Positions 48,346 to 57,617 of a stretch of DNA of 64,000 nucleotides are shown here, piece by piece. Source of the DNA: an uncultured delta proteobacterium (GTDB lineage: Bacteria; Desulfobacterota; Binatia; UBA9968); assembly GCA_963840855.1 (NCBI GenBank), contig CAWJBB010000040.1, forward strand, positions 224,001 to 288,000, in the 5' to 3' direction. The notes beneath the pieces were generated by a model. It ran no database searches. It was not told the DNA's origin and saw only the letters and a program-made list of their open reading frames with translations. The translations under genes were made by a program, and so were the position numbers. Position 1 is the first letter of the stretch. Each line of letters begins with the position of its first letter.

Positions 48346-49278
48346 ATGGATAGTCATCAGCCGATCACCAAAGCTAGCGCTGTGATCTTAACCGGCGGCA
48401 AGAGCTCGCGCATGGGCCGGCCCAAGGCCCTGCTCCCCTTTAACGGCGAGCCGCTCATCGCTTATATCGTGCGGGCGTTGCAACATCTTTTTTCGGATAT
48501 CGTCGTCGTCGCAGCGCCCGAACAGGAACTGCCCCAACTGCCGGCGACCTTGGTGCGCGATGAAGTACCGTTTCAGGGACCCGTGGGCGGCATTTATTAC
48601 GGGCTCAAGGCCGCCGGCGAGGAGTATTGCTTCGTGACGTCCTGCGATGTCGCCTTCCTCAATTTTTCCTTGATTTCGAATCTGCTATCGCAAATCTCGG
48701 ATTACGACGTGGTGGTACCGTATTGGGAGAACCGTTTTCAGCCGCTGCACGCGGTCTATCGGAGAAGCGTGCTGCCGCTCCTTAAAGAGCAGCTTGAGCG
48801 CGGTGAGTTGCGGCCGATTTTTCTCTATGACAAGGTACGGACATATAAAGTCGGCGAGGAGGAAATCCGTCGTTTCGATCCTGAGGGTTTGAGTTTTCTC
48901 AATATGAACACGCCGGAAGATTACCAGTCGGCACTTAAACGATGGCGGGAAGCGAGACACGGAGAGAGCGAAACCGCTTTTCGCCCGGTCCCTGATCTCG
49001 TCTCCGTCACCGTCGAACTTTTTGGTGTGGCCCGCTTGCTTACGAAGACCAGATCGGTTTCTCTATCACTGCCGCAAGAAGCTAGTCTCGCCGACGTGCT
49101 TACTGCCCTTGCGGCAAGACTGCCGGTCTTGGTCGGGCGGGTTATCAATTCCGACGGCGCGGCTCTCGTTAGTGGCTACGCCTGCAATATCAACGGCTTG
49201 AACTTTATTCGCAGCGCGAGCGCTAAAATTAATCCGGGTGACAAGATTTTCATACTCTCTGCGGACGCGGGAGGCTGA
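48346..49278 (+). CDS. mobA: Molybdenum cofactor guanylyltransferase fused to a MoaD/ThiS domain
   Basis: ILTGGKSSRMGRPKA, GPVGGI, FLNMNTPED; C-terminal ubiquitin-like domain ending ADAGG. Confidence 0.88.
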   Translation: MDSHQPITKASAVILTGGKSSRMGRPKALLPFNGEPLIAYIVRALQHLFSDIVVVAAPEQELPQLPATLVRDEVPFQGPVGGIYYGLKAAGEEYCFVTSCDVAFLNFSLISNLLSQISDYDVVVPYWENRFQPLHAVYRRSVLPLLKEQLERGELRPIFLYDKVRTYKVGEEEIRRFDPEGLSFLNMNTPEDYQSALKRWREARHGESETAFRPVPDLVSVTVELFGVARLLTKTRSVSLSLPQEASLADVLTALAARLPVLVGRVINSDGAALVSGYACNINGLNFIRSASAKINPGDKIFILSADAGG

Positions 49279-49281
49279 GCG

Positions 49282-51081
49282 ATGCATGGGTTTTACGGCC
49301 GCTTGCTGCACATCGACTTGAGCACCGGGCGGATCTCCTGGCATGATCTTGCGCCGTCGCGCCTTCGGGAAGTCCTCGGCGGCATTGGCCTTGGCACAAG
49401 CCTCCTCTACGATTATGCCACGCCAGGAGTCGATCCTTTTTCTCCCGCCAACCCGCTAATCTTTACCAGCGCCCCGTTAGTCGGCACTGGTCTCACCACC
49501 ACCGCCAAGTTTGCCGTCGTCACCAAATCCCCGCTTACCGGTTTCATCGCCGACTCGCTCTCCTCCAGCTACTTCGCCCTCGAACTCAAGCGCACAGGTC
49601 TGGACGGCCTAATGATTACTGGCCAGGCGGCTTCTTTGGCGTACATCCACATCCATAATGAGAACGTCGAGATCAGGGACGCCGGTTACTTGATGGGAAA
49701 AAATGCAAGCGAGACCGAATCCCTGATCCGCACCGAGTTGAGCTCTCCGGCAACGCGGGTGGCTGCCATCGGCAAAGCGGGAGAGAACCGAGTGCGCTTT
49801 GCCACCATCAGCAACGAAGGGCGTCACGCCGGCCGGGGTGGGGTCGGCGCGGTCATGGGATCGAAGAATTTGAAGGCAATTGCCCTATGCGGAGATCGAG
49901 AGACCGAGGTAGCCGATCGAAAAGGCGTCGAAGCGATCGCAAAATCTCTCAGCTCGCGCAGTCTTGGTTCACTCACCGACAAGTATCGAAATATCGGCAC
50001 TGTCGCCAACCTAGCGGTTTTCAATCGCCTCGGCACTTTGCCCACGCGCAATTTCCAGCAATCGACCTTTGATCACGCCGAAGCCTTGAGCGGAGAAACT
50101 CTGACGGAAAACAACTTCAGCCGGAGACATGGCTGCGCCTGCTGCACGATCCGCTGCGAGCGCCTGTTCAAGTCCCTCGCCGGCGAGGAGCAGCGCCTGG
50201 AGTACGAAACCCTTTTCGCCCTGGGTCCGCTTTGCGGAATTCAAGATCCGGACGTGGTGCTCCAGGCCGCGCGCCTGTGTGATCTCTATGGAGTGGACAC
50301 CATCAGCACCGGTGGCACCTTGGCCTGGGCAATGGAGTGCAGCGAACACGGACTCTTGCCCGAAGCTCGAGAGCTTGGCTTGCGCTTTGGCCAAGCGGAT
50401 GCTCTTCTCGCTGCGATTCCGGCCATCGCCGAGCGTAGAGGTGTCGGCGCGCTGCTGGCCGAAGGCTCAAAGCGCGCCGCCTGCGAGATTGGCGGAGAGA
50501 GTTTGTATTGGGCGATGCACGTAAAGGGACTCGAGCTTCCAGGATATGAGCCGCGCAGCTTGAAGACGATGGCTCTCGGCTTGGCCGTGAGCCCGCGCGG
50601 CGCCTGCCATAACCGCTCCGGGGCGTACGAGGCTGACTTCTCGGGCGAAGTCGACAGGCTGCGCGCTGACTCAGGGAGAGGGGCTCTGGTTGCAGCCTCG
50701 GAAGATTTCGCCGCGGTGCTCGATTCACTGATAGTCTGTAAATTCCTGCGCAAGTGTTTCACGGACTTTTACGGTGAGGCCGCCGAACTGCTCAATCGGG
50801 TCACCGGATGGAACTGCTCGGGCGCCGAATTGCGGCGCGCCGGCGAGCGAATCCATTCGCTCAAGAAACTTTTTAACATGCGTGAAGGTTGGCGGCCTGA
50901 AGACGACTGGCTGCCGCAACGCTTGTTGAGCGAAACTCTCCCGACTGGCGTGGCCCAGGGTGTCGGCTTAACCGCCAAAGAACTTCGGGAGATGATCCTG
51001 GGATATTATCGGGCAAGGGGATGGGACGAAAACGGATCTATTCCCGAGAGCAAGTTGGGGGAGCTAGGGATTCAAACATGA
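49282..51081 (+). CDS. aor: Aldehyde:ferredoxin oxidoreductase family protein
   Basis: KSPLTG, GRGGVGAVMGSKNLKAI, CACCTIRC, EYET, DTIS, RGACH, YYRARGWD. Confidence 0.92.
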   Translation: MHGFYGRLLHIDLSTGRISWHDLAPSRLREVLGGIGLGTSLLYDYATPGVDPFSPANPLIFTSAPLVGTGLTTTAKFAVVTKSPLTGFIADSLSSSYFALELKRTGLDGLMITGQAASLAYIHIHNENVEIRDAGYLMGKNASETESLIRTELSSPATRVAAIGKAGENRVRFATISNEGRHAGRGGVGAVMGSKNLKAIALCGDRETEVADRKGVEAIAKSLSSRSLGSLTDKYRNIGTVANLAVFNRLGTLPTRNFQQSTFDHAEALSGETLTENNFSRRHGCACCTIRCERLFKSLAGEEQRLEYETLFALGPLCGIQDPDVVLQAARLCDLYGVDTISTGGTLAWAMECSEHGLLPEARELGLRFGQADALLAAIPAIAERRGVGALLAEGSKRAACEIGGESLYWAMHVKGLELPGYEPRSLKTMALGLAVSPRGACHNRSGAYEADFSGEVDRLRADSGRGALVAASEDFAAVLDSLIVCKFLRKCFTDFYGEAAELLNRVTGWNCSGAELRRAGERIHSLKKLFNMREGWRPEDDWLPQRLLSETLPTGVAQGVGLTAKELREMILGYYRARGWDENGSIPESKLGELGIQT

Positions 51082-51082
51082 A

Positions 51083-51141
51083 GAGTTCCGAGTTTCTGGT
51101 TCCGGTCGACTCGAAACTCAGGAACTCGGAAACTGGGAACT
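51083..51141. repeat. GAGTTCC/GGAACT 7-8-nt-period tandem/inverted element
   Basis: GAGTTCC GAGTTTC TGGTTCC...CGAAACT CAGGAACT CGGAAACT GGGAACT. Confidence 0.75.
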
Positions 51142-51165
51142 GCGAAATGACAGGAGGAATGAGCT

Positions 51166-51348
51166 ATGCCAACCGATGAGACGCGTCGCGTGTTGAAAGT
51201 GTTCGGCGTTGCGGTGACCGCTTATGAAGACGCGGTGGACAAAGGGGCGCCACCCGAGGAAGCGCGAAAAGCCGAGGCGGAAGTCCGCGCCCGCCTCGAA
51301 GAGGTGACCGGCCTGATCGAGCGGCTGCGCGCGAAGAAGACGTCATGA
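51166..51348 (+). CDS. Small helical hypothetical protein (60 aa)
   Basis: Strong SD AGGAGG, host-like codon usage. Confidence 0.7.
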   Translation: MPTDETRRVLKVFGVAVTAYEDAVDKGAPPEEARKAEAEVRARLEEVTGLIERLRAKKTS

Positions 51349-51498
51349 TTCTGAGCGATCTTCTTTCTTGGCCTGCTCTCACCTGCTCGTTCAATTCCCC
51401 CAGTTCTATAGTCTCTTCCTTGAGGCGGCGTATAGAGATCAGAAGCCGAAGGCACGCTACGGAGCGCTAGAACTCGATCCGCCTGAGATTTCCTTGCC

Positions 51499-52107
51499 TC
51501 AACGCGGATGAGTCTTGTCGGCCGGCATTTGATCGGTTTCCGTCTCGTCCCATGCGGTCGAGCCATCCAGGCTTTCCACATTGAACTGGTAGTCGTAAAC
51601 CAGAGAGCCCCCAAATGTCGCGCCGTAGGAAACCAGCGCTCCTGCAAGGATCGATAGGATCATCGTGGAGAATCTGGTGTTCGCCTCTTCGAACTGCAAA
51701 AGACGGACGATAATGTCCACAATCACGATGCCAGTGACAGTGAGCATCACGGCCATGTGCCAGTTGGCGGTGCGCCAAACCTGCGTGTGTTTGGCTTTGC
51801 CCGGAAACCCGGTTGATGGTTGTCGGTCCATGCCCTTCCACCAATCCCAAAAGCCCGTAAGGGCGGTCCCCAGAGAGACGATGGCGCCGGCGATGATCAC
51901 ATAGGTACCAGAGACAAAGAAATCTCGGGCTACACCACTATGGGCGCCAAAATAAGAGATGACATCGAATACCGCCACCAGCACATAACAGACGATCGGG
52001 AAATCGGTAAGCGGCGGATGAAGTGGCTTGCCTGCCCAACCGCGCAGTCCTCTGAACTCGCGGCCCTTTAACGTCATCGATGGTTTGATCGAGAATAGTC
52101 TGGTCAT
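51499..52107 (-). CDS. DUF2231-like membrane protein
   Basis: PLHPPLTDFPI, ALTGFWDW, GATFGGSLVY. Confidence 0.8.
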   Translation of the reverse strand: MTRLFSIKPSMTLKGREFRGLRGWAGKPLHPPLTDFPIVCYVLVAVFDVISYFGAHSGVARDFFVSGTYVIIAGAIVSLGTALTGFWDWWKGMDRQPSTGFPGKAKHTQVWRTANWHMAVMLTVTGIVIVDIIVRLLQFEEANTRFSTMILSILAGALVSYGATFGGSLVYDYQFNVESLDGSTAWDETETDQMPADKTHPR

Positions 52108-52310
52108 GTCTCCTCCCTGGCTACACGATAAGTCGCTTCCACGCTAAGGCTCCTGAATTCCGGAGAAAGCTCCTTGCTCATCTTCCACCTTCCGAACCCA
52201 GCCACCAGTCCGGCAACACCAACAAAGAGGATTACCACCATGATAGGGAGAGCAATGACAGAAAAAAGGCCGACAGCTATAAGGCCGAGAATTGAATATA
52301 AAATACTCAT
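52104..52310 (-). CDS. Small membrane protein, paralog A
   Basis: Hydrophobic 40-aa N-terminus ending GRWK; SD GAAAGGA; paralog at 62248-62475. Confidence 0.7.
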   Translation of the reverse strand: MSILYSILGLIAVGLFSVIALPIMVVILFVGVAGLVAGFGRWKMSKELSPEFRSLSVEATYRVAREET

Positions 52311-52438
52311 GTAGATCCTTTCCAAGCTTCTCTAAAGGTTTGATTACCTATAAGCGTAAGATAAGTGCCATCGACGACAAAGCAGCCTCTCGAAGAGCAC
52401 GGGATCATTGACGGCTCCTCGGCTTAGCTGCCGCGCAA

Positions 52439-53080
52439 TTAACGCGTAGGTTCATGGTTTTGGTTTTTGGTATCGACCTGGAGACGTTCTTCGACTACGC
52501 TCCAATCAATGTTGGCGAAAAACGCCTCAATATATTTCGGGCGTTCAGCGGGTTTATAGTCGAGCAGGAATGCGTGTTCCCATACGTCCATCACGAGCAC
52601 TGGATTAAATCCCGCCACATTGCCGATTTCGTGCAACGTTACCCAGTGATTGGTGAGCCGCCCGCGTTTTGGATCCTGAAAGCAGATCGCCCAGCCCACG
52701 CCGCGCATTTTGCCGATGCTTACAAAGTCGGCTTTCCAGATGTCGTAGCTAGCGAAGCCTGCCTCGGCGGCTTTATAGAAAGCAGACTGCTTGCCCGGAT
52801 CACCCGACGCTGCTTTAGTCATGTTTCCAAAGTAATATTCATGCAGCACCATCCCGTTGTATTCAAAGCCGAGACGACGGGTCAGTTCTGAGTAGGCTGG
52901 CATTTCCTCCTGATCGACATGCCCATCCTTCAAGAAATCCCAGATTCTTTCTGTTAACCGGTTGGTTTCTTTAACGTAGCCCTCATACAGCTTGAAGTGC
53001 ATTTCCAAAGTCCGATCCGAGATGCCATGAAGTCCGCTAAGGTTGAACTGCTTAGCTTGATACGACCCATTTTTAACCAT
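52439..53080 (-). CDS. sod: Fe/Mn superoxide dismutase family protein
   Basis: MHFKLYEGY, NGMVLHEYYF, DVWEHAF metal ligands. Confidence 0.9.
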   Translation of the reverse strand: MVKNGSYQAKQFNLSGLHGISDRTLEMHFKLYEGYVKETNRLTERIWDFLKDGHVDQEEMPAYSELTRRLGFEYNGMVLHEYYFGNMTKAASGDPGKQSAFYKAAEAGFASYDIWKADFVSIGKMRGVGWAICFQDPKRGRLTNHWVTLHEIGNVAGFNPVLVMDVWEHAFLLDYKPAERPKYIEAFFANIDWSVVEERLQVDTKNQNHEPTR

Positions 53081-53194
53081 AGATTATTCCTCCTTCTCTT
53101 ACTTTGATCTCAACAGCCAGCAGCTAAGCGAGAGCCGCATAAGCTCGCCGCCGGACTTGGGGCTAATCTGGTTCTCGTCGCGCTGTTACGAACT

Positions 53195-53719
53195 TTATAT
53201 TCCTCCAAATTGATACCCTGCTCTTTCCAGTGCACGCGTGATGGCCTGGAGGATTAACGGGCCATCAGAATGGGGCGCCACGCGAACGTCGGGAGCAGAG
53301 CGTAGACGATCGAGAAGCGACTCTGCTTCCGAACCGGCCAACGCTTCGGAAGTTTCATAGGGACCCCCAGCTTCTTCCTCAATGGGATTGTGCCGTTCCA
53401 GGATCATACGAATAGTTGCGATGATCCCGAAAGTCGGTGTGGGCACAAGGAGTGCGGCGAGCGCGCCATGATCAAGACGGAGTTTAGCGGCAATCGGCAG
53501 TGGCTCGCCCCCACGTTTCTTTTGGGCAAACGGAAGCAGGACCTTTTCCTCCATGGCGATGTGCCTGAGCAAGCCTGCACGAAACTCGGCATAGGCAGCA
53601 AAATCGATCTGTTCCGGACGGCAGGTAGCCCGATCAAGCAATTCGGACAGACGAAGATGATCATCGACAAGGAACCTGTGAATCGGTCTCGCCGTTAAGT
53701 GTCCTCCGCAATTATTCAT
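53195..53719 (-). CDS. Hemerythrin/HHE domain protein (start uncertain)
   Basis: DDH.RL, LLRHIAMEEKVLLP, LRLDH, HNPIEE. Confidence 0.82.
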   Translation of the reverse strand: MNNCGGHLTARPIHRFLVDDHLRLSELLDRATCRPEQIDFAAYAEFRAGLLRHIAMEEKVLLPFAQKKRGGEPLPIAAKLRLDHGALAALLVPTPTFGIIATIRMILERHNPIEEEAGGPYETSEALAGSEAESLLDRLRSAPDVRVAPHSDGPLILQAITRALERAGYQFGGI

Positions 53720-53778
53720 TAGTAACGCCCACGATCCTTGCACCCGGGGCACTCAAACCCATTTGTTCGTTGCTTAGC

Positions 53779-54903
53779 TTACGTTGAAGCCAGGGACTCT
53801 GCGCCTGCGACAATTCTCTTGCGTTTTTCCTCGACCGCAGCCAGTAGCTGATCAAAAGACGCAGCAAAGGCGGAAACACCATCCGCTTGCAGCTTCTCAG
53901 TGATTGCGTCCAGATCAATGCCAAGATTCTTCAGGCGGCGTAAATCCAACTCTGCCTCCTTCAATCCTTCTTCCAAGGTAGAACCCTTCACCCGACCATG
54001 ATCTCTGAAGGCGTTCAGTGTGGCCGGAGGTAACGTATTGACCGTATCAGGTCCGATGAGATTTTCCACGTAGAGGACATCGGAGTAGTTGGGGTTTTTC
54101 GTTCCCGTACTAGCCCAGAGCGGGCGCTGGACCCTCGCCCCTCGACTGCGCACGATCGCGAAACCTTCCCCATGAAAGACCTCGCGAAAGCGCTGGTACA
54201 CGACCTTGCAGTTAGCGATGCCGATTTTACCCAAAAGCGCTCTCGCCTCCTCTATGCGTAATTTTTCCAGCGCGCCGTCAACCACGATGTCAACGCGACT
54301 GACAAAAAATGATGCAACCGAGGAGAGCTGTCCGGGATTCGAGCAGCGCTGCAATCCCCGGATATAGGCCCGTGCCACCGCCTCGTAGTGCTTCATCGAG
54401 AACATGAGAGTGATGTTGACATTCACTCCGTCGGCAATGAGGGCTTCGATAGCCGGAATTCCTTGCGGTGTTGCCGGAACTTTGATCATGACGTTCGGCC
54501 GGTCAACTTCCGCCCGCAATCGCTTAGCTTCATCAATCGTCCCTGCGGTATCATGAGCGAGATGCGGCGCCACCTCGATGCTGACAAAACCGTCGCCGCC
54601 TCCCGTCTCATGGTAGATGGGGCGCAGGATATCCGCCGCTTCGCGGATATCCTCGATGGCCAGTCTCTCGAACAGTTTGCCTGCCTCGATTTGCGAATCC
54701 TTCGCAAGCAGGGTACGCAGGGCATCGTCATAATCGGTGCTGCCGGCAATCGCTTTTTCGAAAATCGTGGGATTGCTGGTTACGCCCCGTACCCCATCTT
54801 CTTCCACGAGCCGTTTGAGCTCGCCGCTTTGAATAAGTCGTCTCTGGATGTAATCCAACCAGATGGACTGTCTTTGCTTCAGCAATTCTTTCAACGGGTT
54901 CAT
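53779..54903 (-). CDS. tal: Transaldolase
   Basis: SIWLD, GVTSNPTIF, MIKVPAT, ASFFVSR, RPLWASTG. Confidence 0.95.
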   Translation of the reverse strand: MNPLKELLKQRQSIWLDYIQRRLIQSGELKRLVEEDGVRGVTSNPTIFEKAIAGSTDYDDALRTLLAKDSQIEAGKLFERLAIEDIREAADILRPIYHETGGGDGFVSIEVAPHLAHDTAGTIDEAKRLRAEVDRPNVMIKVPATPQGIPAIEALIADGVNVNITLMFSMKHYEAVARAYIRGLQRCSNPGQLSSVASFFVSRVDIVVDGALEKLRIEEARALLGKIGIANCKVVYQRFREVFHGEGFAIVRSRGARVQRPLWASTGTKNPNYSDVLYVENLIGPDTVNTLPPATLNAFRDHGRVKGSTLEEGLKEAELDLRRLKNLGIDLDAITEKLQADGVSAFAASFDQLLAAVEEKRKRIVAGAESLAST

Positions 54904-55012
54904 GATGCCGCCTTTGTGCTTTATTTCTTGTTTGATTTGCGAATCTGTCTACCAGACCTCTCGTTTACGACCGAACAAGAATCTTGTCATGCAATTTTTA
55001 AAAAACTTAGAT

Positions 55013-55028
55013 CGCAACTGTTGTGCCA
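55013..55028 (-). promoter_or_regulatory. Sigma-54 -24/-12 promoter for tal
   Basis: TGGCAC-AACAG-TTGCG. Confidence 0.75.
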
Positions 55029-55331
55029 AATCCTGGATGTAACGACCGTCACGAGACAGATCACTTTCGATGGTTTGCAAAAACATCAAGGATAGCTGGA
55101 CGTTCACACGGGCCAGTTTCCTGGCACTACTCTTGAGTAGAGTAATCAAACGCCGACGGACAGGACGCCCTATTCTTGAAAGCGGTTAGAGTGAGTTTGG
55201 GACAAGCGCAAAGTTCAAGACAATGATCGCATCCTTGGAGCACTAAAAACAGTTGTTGAAACCGGCGTCCAGGGAAACTCGCACAACCGAAACGAGAAAA
55301 AGAATATCCGTCTACAGGAGGACGACGAAGA

Positions 55332-55369
55332 GCGCAAGAATGCCACACTACCCACACAATTTTGCCGCA
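55332..55369 (-). promoter_or_regulatory. 38-bp tandem operator/enhancer motif, copy A
   Basis: TGCGGCAAAATTGTGTGGGTAGTGTGGCATTCTTGCGC. Confidence 0.65.
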
Positions 55370-55438
55370 TTCGATCTTCTACCGTGATCCAATTTCCAGT
55401 ATTTGAGCATAAGACACTTGCGCCGGCGCGTTCAGCTT

Positions 55439-55454
55439 TGGCATAAACCTTGCG
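55439..55454 (+). promoter_or_regulatory. Sigma-54 -24/-12 promoter for the FAD oxidoreductase
   Basis: TGGCAT-AAACC-TTGCG. Confidence 0.7.
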
Positions 55455-55610
55455 CTTGTAAGTTTATAGAACTGTAAAGCCACTCGACGGGTTTTTGCCA
55501 AGGCCGCGGGGGATTTCGGACCGGATGAAACAGCGGTGACGAGTTTACCGAGAGTGACGATCCTAATTCATTAAAGGAATCCGCGGCGAAAAATATCATC
55601 AGGAGGCATA

Positions 55611-56807
55611 ATGTCACACTATACATACTTGATCGTTGGTGGAGGGATGACCGCTGATGCTGCGGTTAGAGGTATTCGGGAAGTAGATGCATTTCGCTCC
55701 ATTGGCGTGTTCAGCATGGAGTCTGACCCGCCTTATAACCGACCACCTCTTTCAAAGGATCTTTGGAAGGGAGCGCCTATGACAAGTATCTGGCGGAAAA
55801 CCGAGGATCAAGGTGCGGAGCTTCACCTCGGCTGCAAGGTCGAGAGCATCGATCCGCAACAAAAGCGCATTATCGATAATAAGGGAACGTCCCATTCTTT
55901 TGACAAACTGCTCCTGGCCACAGGCGGATCTCCTCGGCAACTCCCATTTGGAGCAGGCCAGATCATTTACTTCAGGACAATAACGGATTATCGGCGGTTG
56001 CAGGCGCTTGCTGAAAAAGGGCAGCGCTTTGCGGTTATCGGCGGTGGCTTTATCGGTTCGGAAATTGCCGCAGGCTTGGCGTCAAACGGAAAACAAGTGA
56101 CGATGATCACACCTGAGCAGACCATCGGGAGCCGCGTGTTTCCTCACGATTTGGGGCTTTACTTAAATGCGTACTACGAAGACAAGGGAGTTAAGCTCCT
56201 TACCGAAGAAGCAGTCGTGGACGTGGAAGCGCGCGGGGATTTCGTTGCCGTCAAGAGCCGCGCTTTGAAAACCGCACAGGATCGAGAGGTCGTCGTGGAT
56301 GGCGTCGTGGCCGGCATCGGCATCAAGACAAATGTCGAACTGGCGCTGGGAGCGGGACTCCAGGTTGACAACGGGATAGTGGTGGACGAGTTCCTCCGCA
56401 CAAACCACCCAGACATCCATGCGGCCGGAGACGTAGCCGCTTTTTATAATCCTTTGCTCAGCAAGCGCATTCGTGTGGAACATGAAGACAATGCCAACAC
56501 AATGGGCCGGCTGGCGGGCCGTAACATGGCTGGCGAACGAGAGCCTTATGACCACCTTCCTTCCTTCTATTCGGATCTTTTCGAATTGAGCTACGAGGCT
56601 GTGGGAGAATTAGACCCTAGGCTTGAGATCGTAACAGGCTGGACAGAGAAGAACGGCTCGGGCGCGATATATTACCTCCGCGAGAGTCGCGTTCGCGGGG
56701 TGCTTTTGTGGAACATCTGGGGAGCGGTAAATGCGGCCCGGGAGCTGATTGCCCAACTAGGCCCGTTTAACCTCGAGGATCTTAAGAAACGGCTCCCTTT
56801 AGGTTAA
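55611..56807 (+). CDS. NAD(P)/FAD-dependent oxidoreductase (ferredoxin reductase/AIF-like)
   Basis: IVGGG, PYNRPPLSK, LLATGG, GGGFIGSE, AAGDVA. Confidence 0.9.
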   Translation: MSHYTYLIVGGGMTADAAVRGIREVDAFRSIGVFSMESDPPYNRPPLSKDLWKGAPMTSIWRKTEDQGAELHLGCKVESIDPQQKRIIDNKGTSHSFDKLLLATGGSPRQLPFGAGQIIYFRTITDYRRLQALAEKGQRFAVIGGGFIGSEIAAGLASNGKQVTMITPEQTIGSRVFPHDLGLYLNAYYEDKGVKLLTEEAVVDVEARGDFVAVKSRALKTAQDREVVVDGVVAGIGIKTNVELALGAGLQVDNGIVVDEFLRTNHPDIHAAGDVAAFYNPLLSKRIRVEHEDNANTMGRLAGRNMAGEREPYDHLPSFYSDLFELSYEAVGELDPRLEIVTGWTEKNGSGAIYYLRESRVRGVLLWNIWGAVNAARELIAQLGPFNLEDLKKRLPLG

Positions 56808-56877
56808 TGAGGTTACGAAAGCGCATCTTGAAATTGGCATTCAGGCCACGTTTTTCACGAAACTTTCAGGGCAAGGA

Positions 56878-56915
56878 TGGGGCAAGAATGTGTGGCGATT
56901 GGGGCATTTTTGCGC
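56878..56915 (+). promoter_or_regulatory. 38-bp tandem operator motif, copy C (no adjacent gene start)
   Basis: TGGGGCAAGAATGTGTGGCGATTGGGGCATTTTTGCGC. Confidence 0.6.
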
Positions 56916-56991
56916 CTTACGTAGCTCTTGGAAGCGTAGTTGTTTAATACACCTTTAGTGAACGCTAACACTTGGATTGCGATCGCCGCTC

Positions 56992-57048
56992 TGGTTCGAC
57001 CAGCTCACCATGAATGGAATTCTTCTCGCTGTTCCGTTCGTACTGAGG
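56992..57048. repeat. Degenerate REP/REPIN-like element
   Basis: GGTTCGACCAGCTCACCATGAATGG...CCGTTCGTACTGAG; TTCGACNAGCTCA is the reverse complement of the TGAGCTTGTCGAA core at 27697. Confidence 0.55.
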
Positions 57049-57163
57049 CTCGGCTGATAAAAGCATTGTGGCGTTGGTACATTCGGAAAAATACGATCTG
57101 ATCATCATGTCCACAATCGGCAGCGCCAGTTTAACCCGCTCGTCAGAACTTCCCCGCGTCAGC

Positions 57164-57617
57164 TTAGGAAAAAGTATAGAAGGTACCTAAGATAACGCCA
57201 AAGATGATGTGTGCAATGACCACTGACATCGGAGTCTGAAATCCATAGTTTAGCGCGAGAAAACCGGGAGGCTCTAGCTGGCGCATCAGAGTAGGTCCCT
57301 GTTGTTCACTGGCCATTCGCGGGTGGAGAACGGGCATGAGCCGCATACCAGCGGTAAGAACGAAGCTCGCGTGCACAAGTCCCGTTAGCGCCCCAGAGGT
57401 GGAACGCAGCCACATATATGAGCGAAAACAACCACCCGTTAATCAAATGGAGAAAAAAACCGATAAGCTTTGCACGGTCTCGGCTGGGCGTGAACATGCT
57501 GCCGAGCATGTAAGGAAGATTCATCCGCGTAAAACCAAGCCCTTGGCTCCCGGCCATCAGAGTCGTTAGAACGATTGTAGCCACAAATCCCCAGAGAGCC
57601 CAGCTGCCCCAGTTCAT
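57164..57617 (-). pseudogene. Membrane protein split by a frameshift near 57390
   Basis: N-half MNWGSWALWG...AAFHLWG and C-half GLVHASFVL...HPRMASE...PPGF...HIIFG lie in different frames. Confidence 0.7.
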
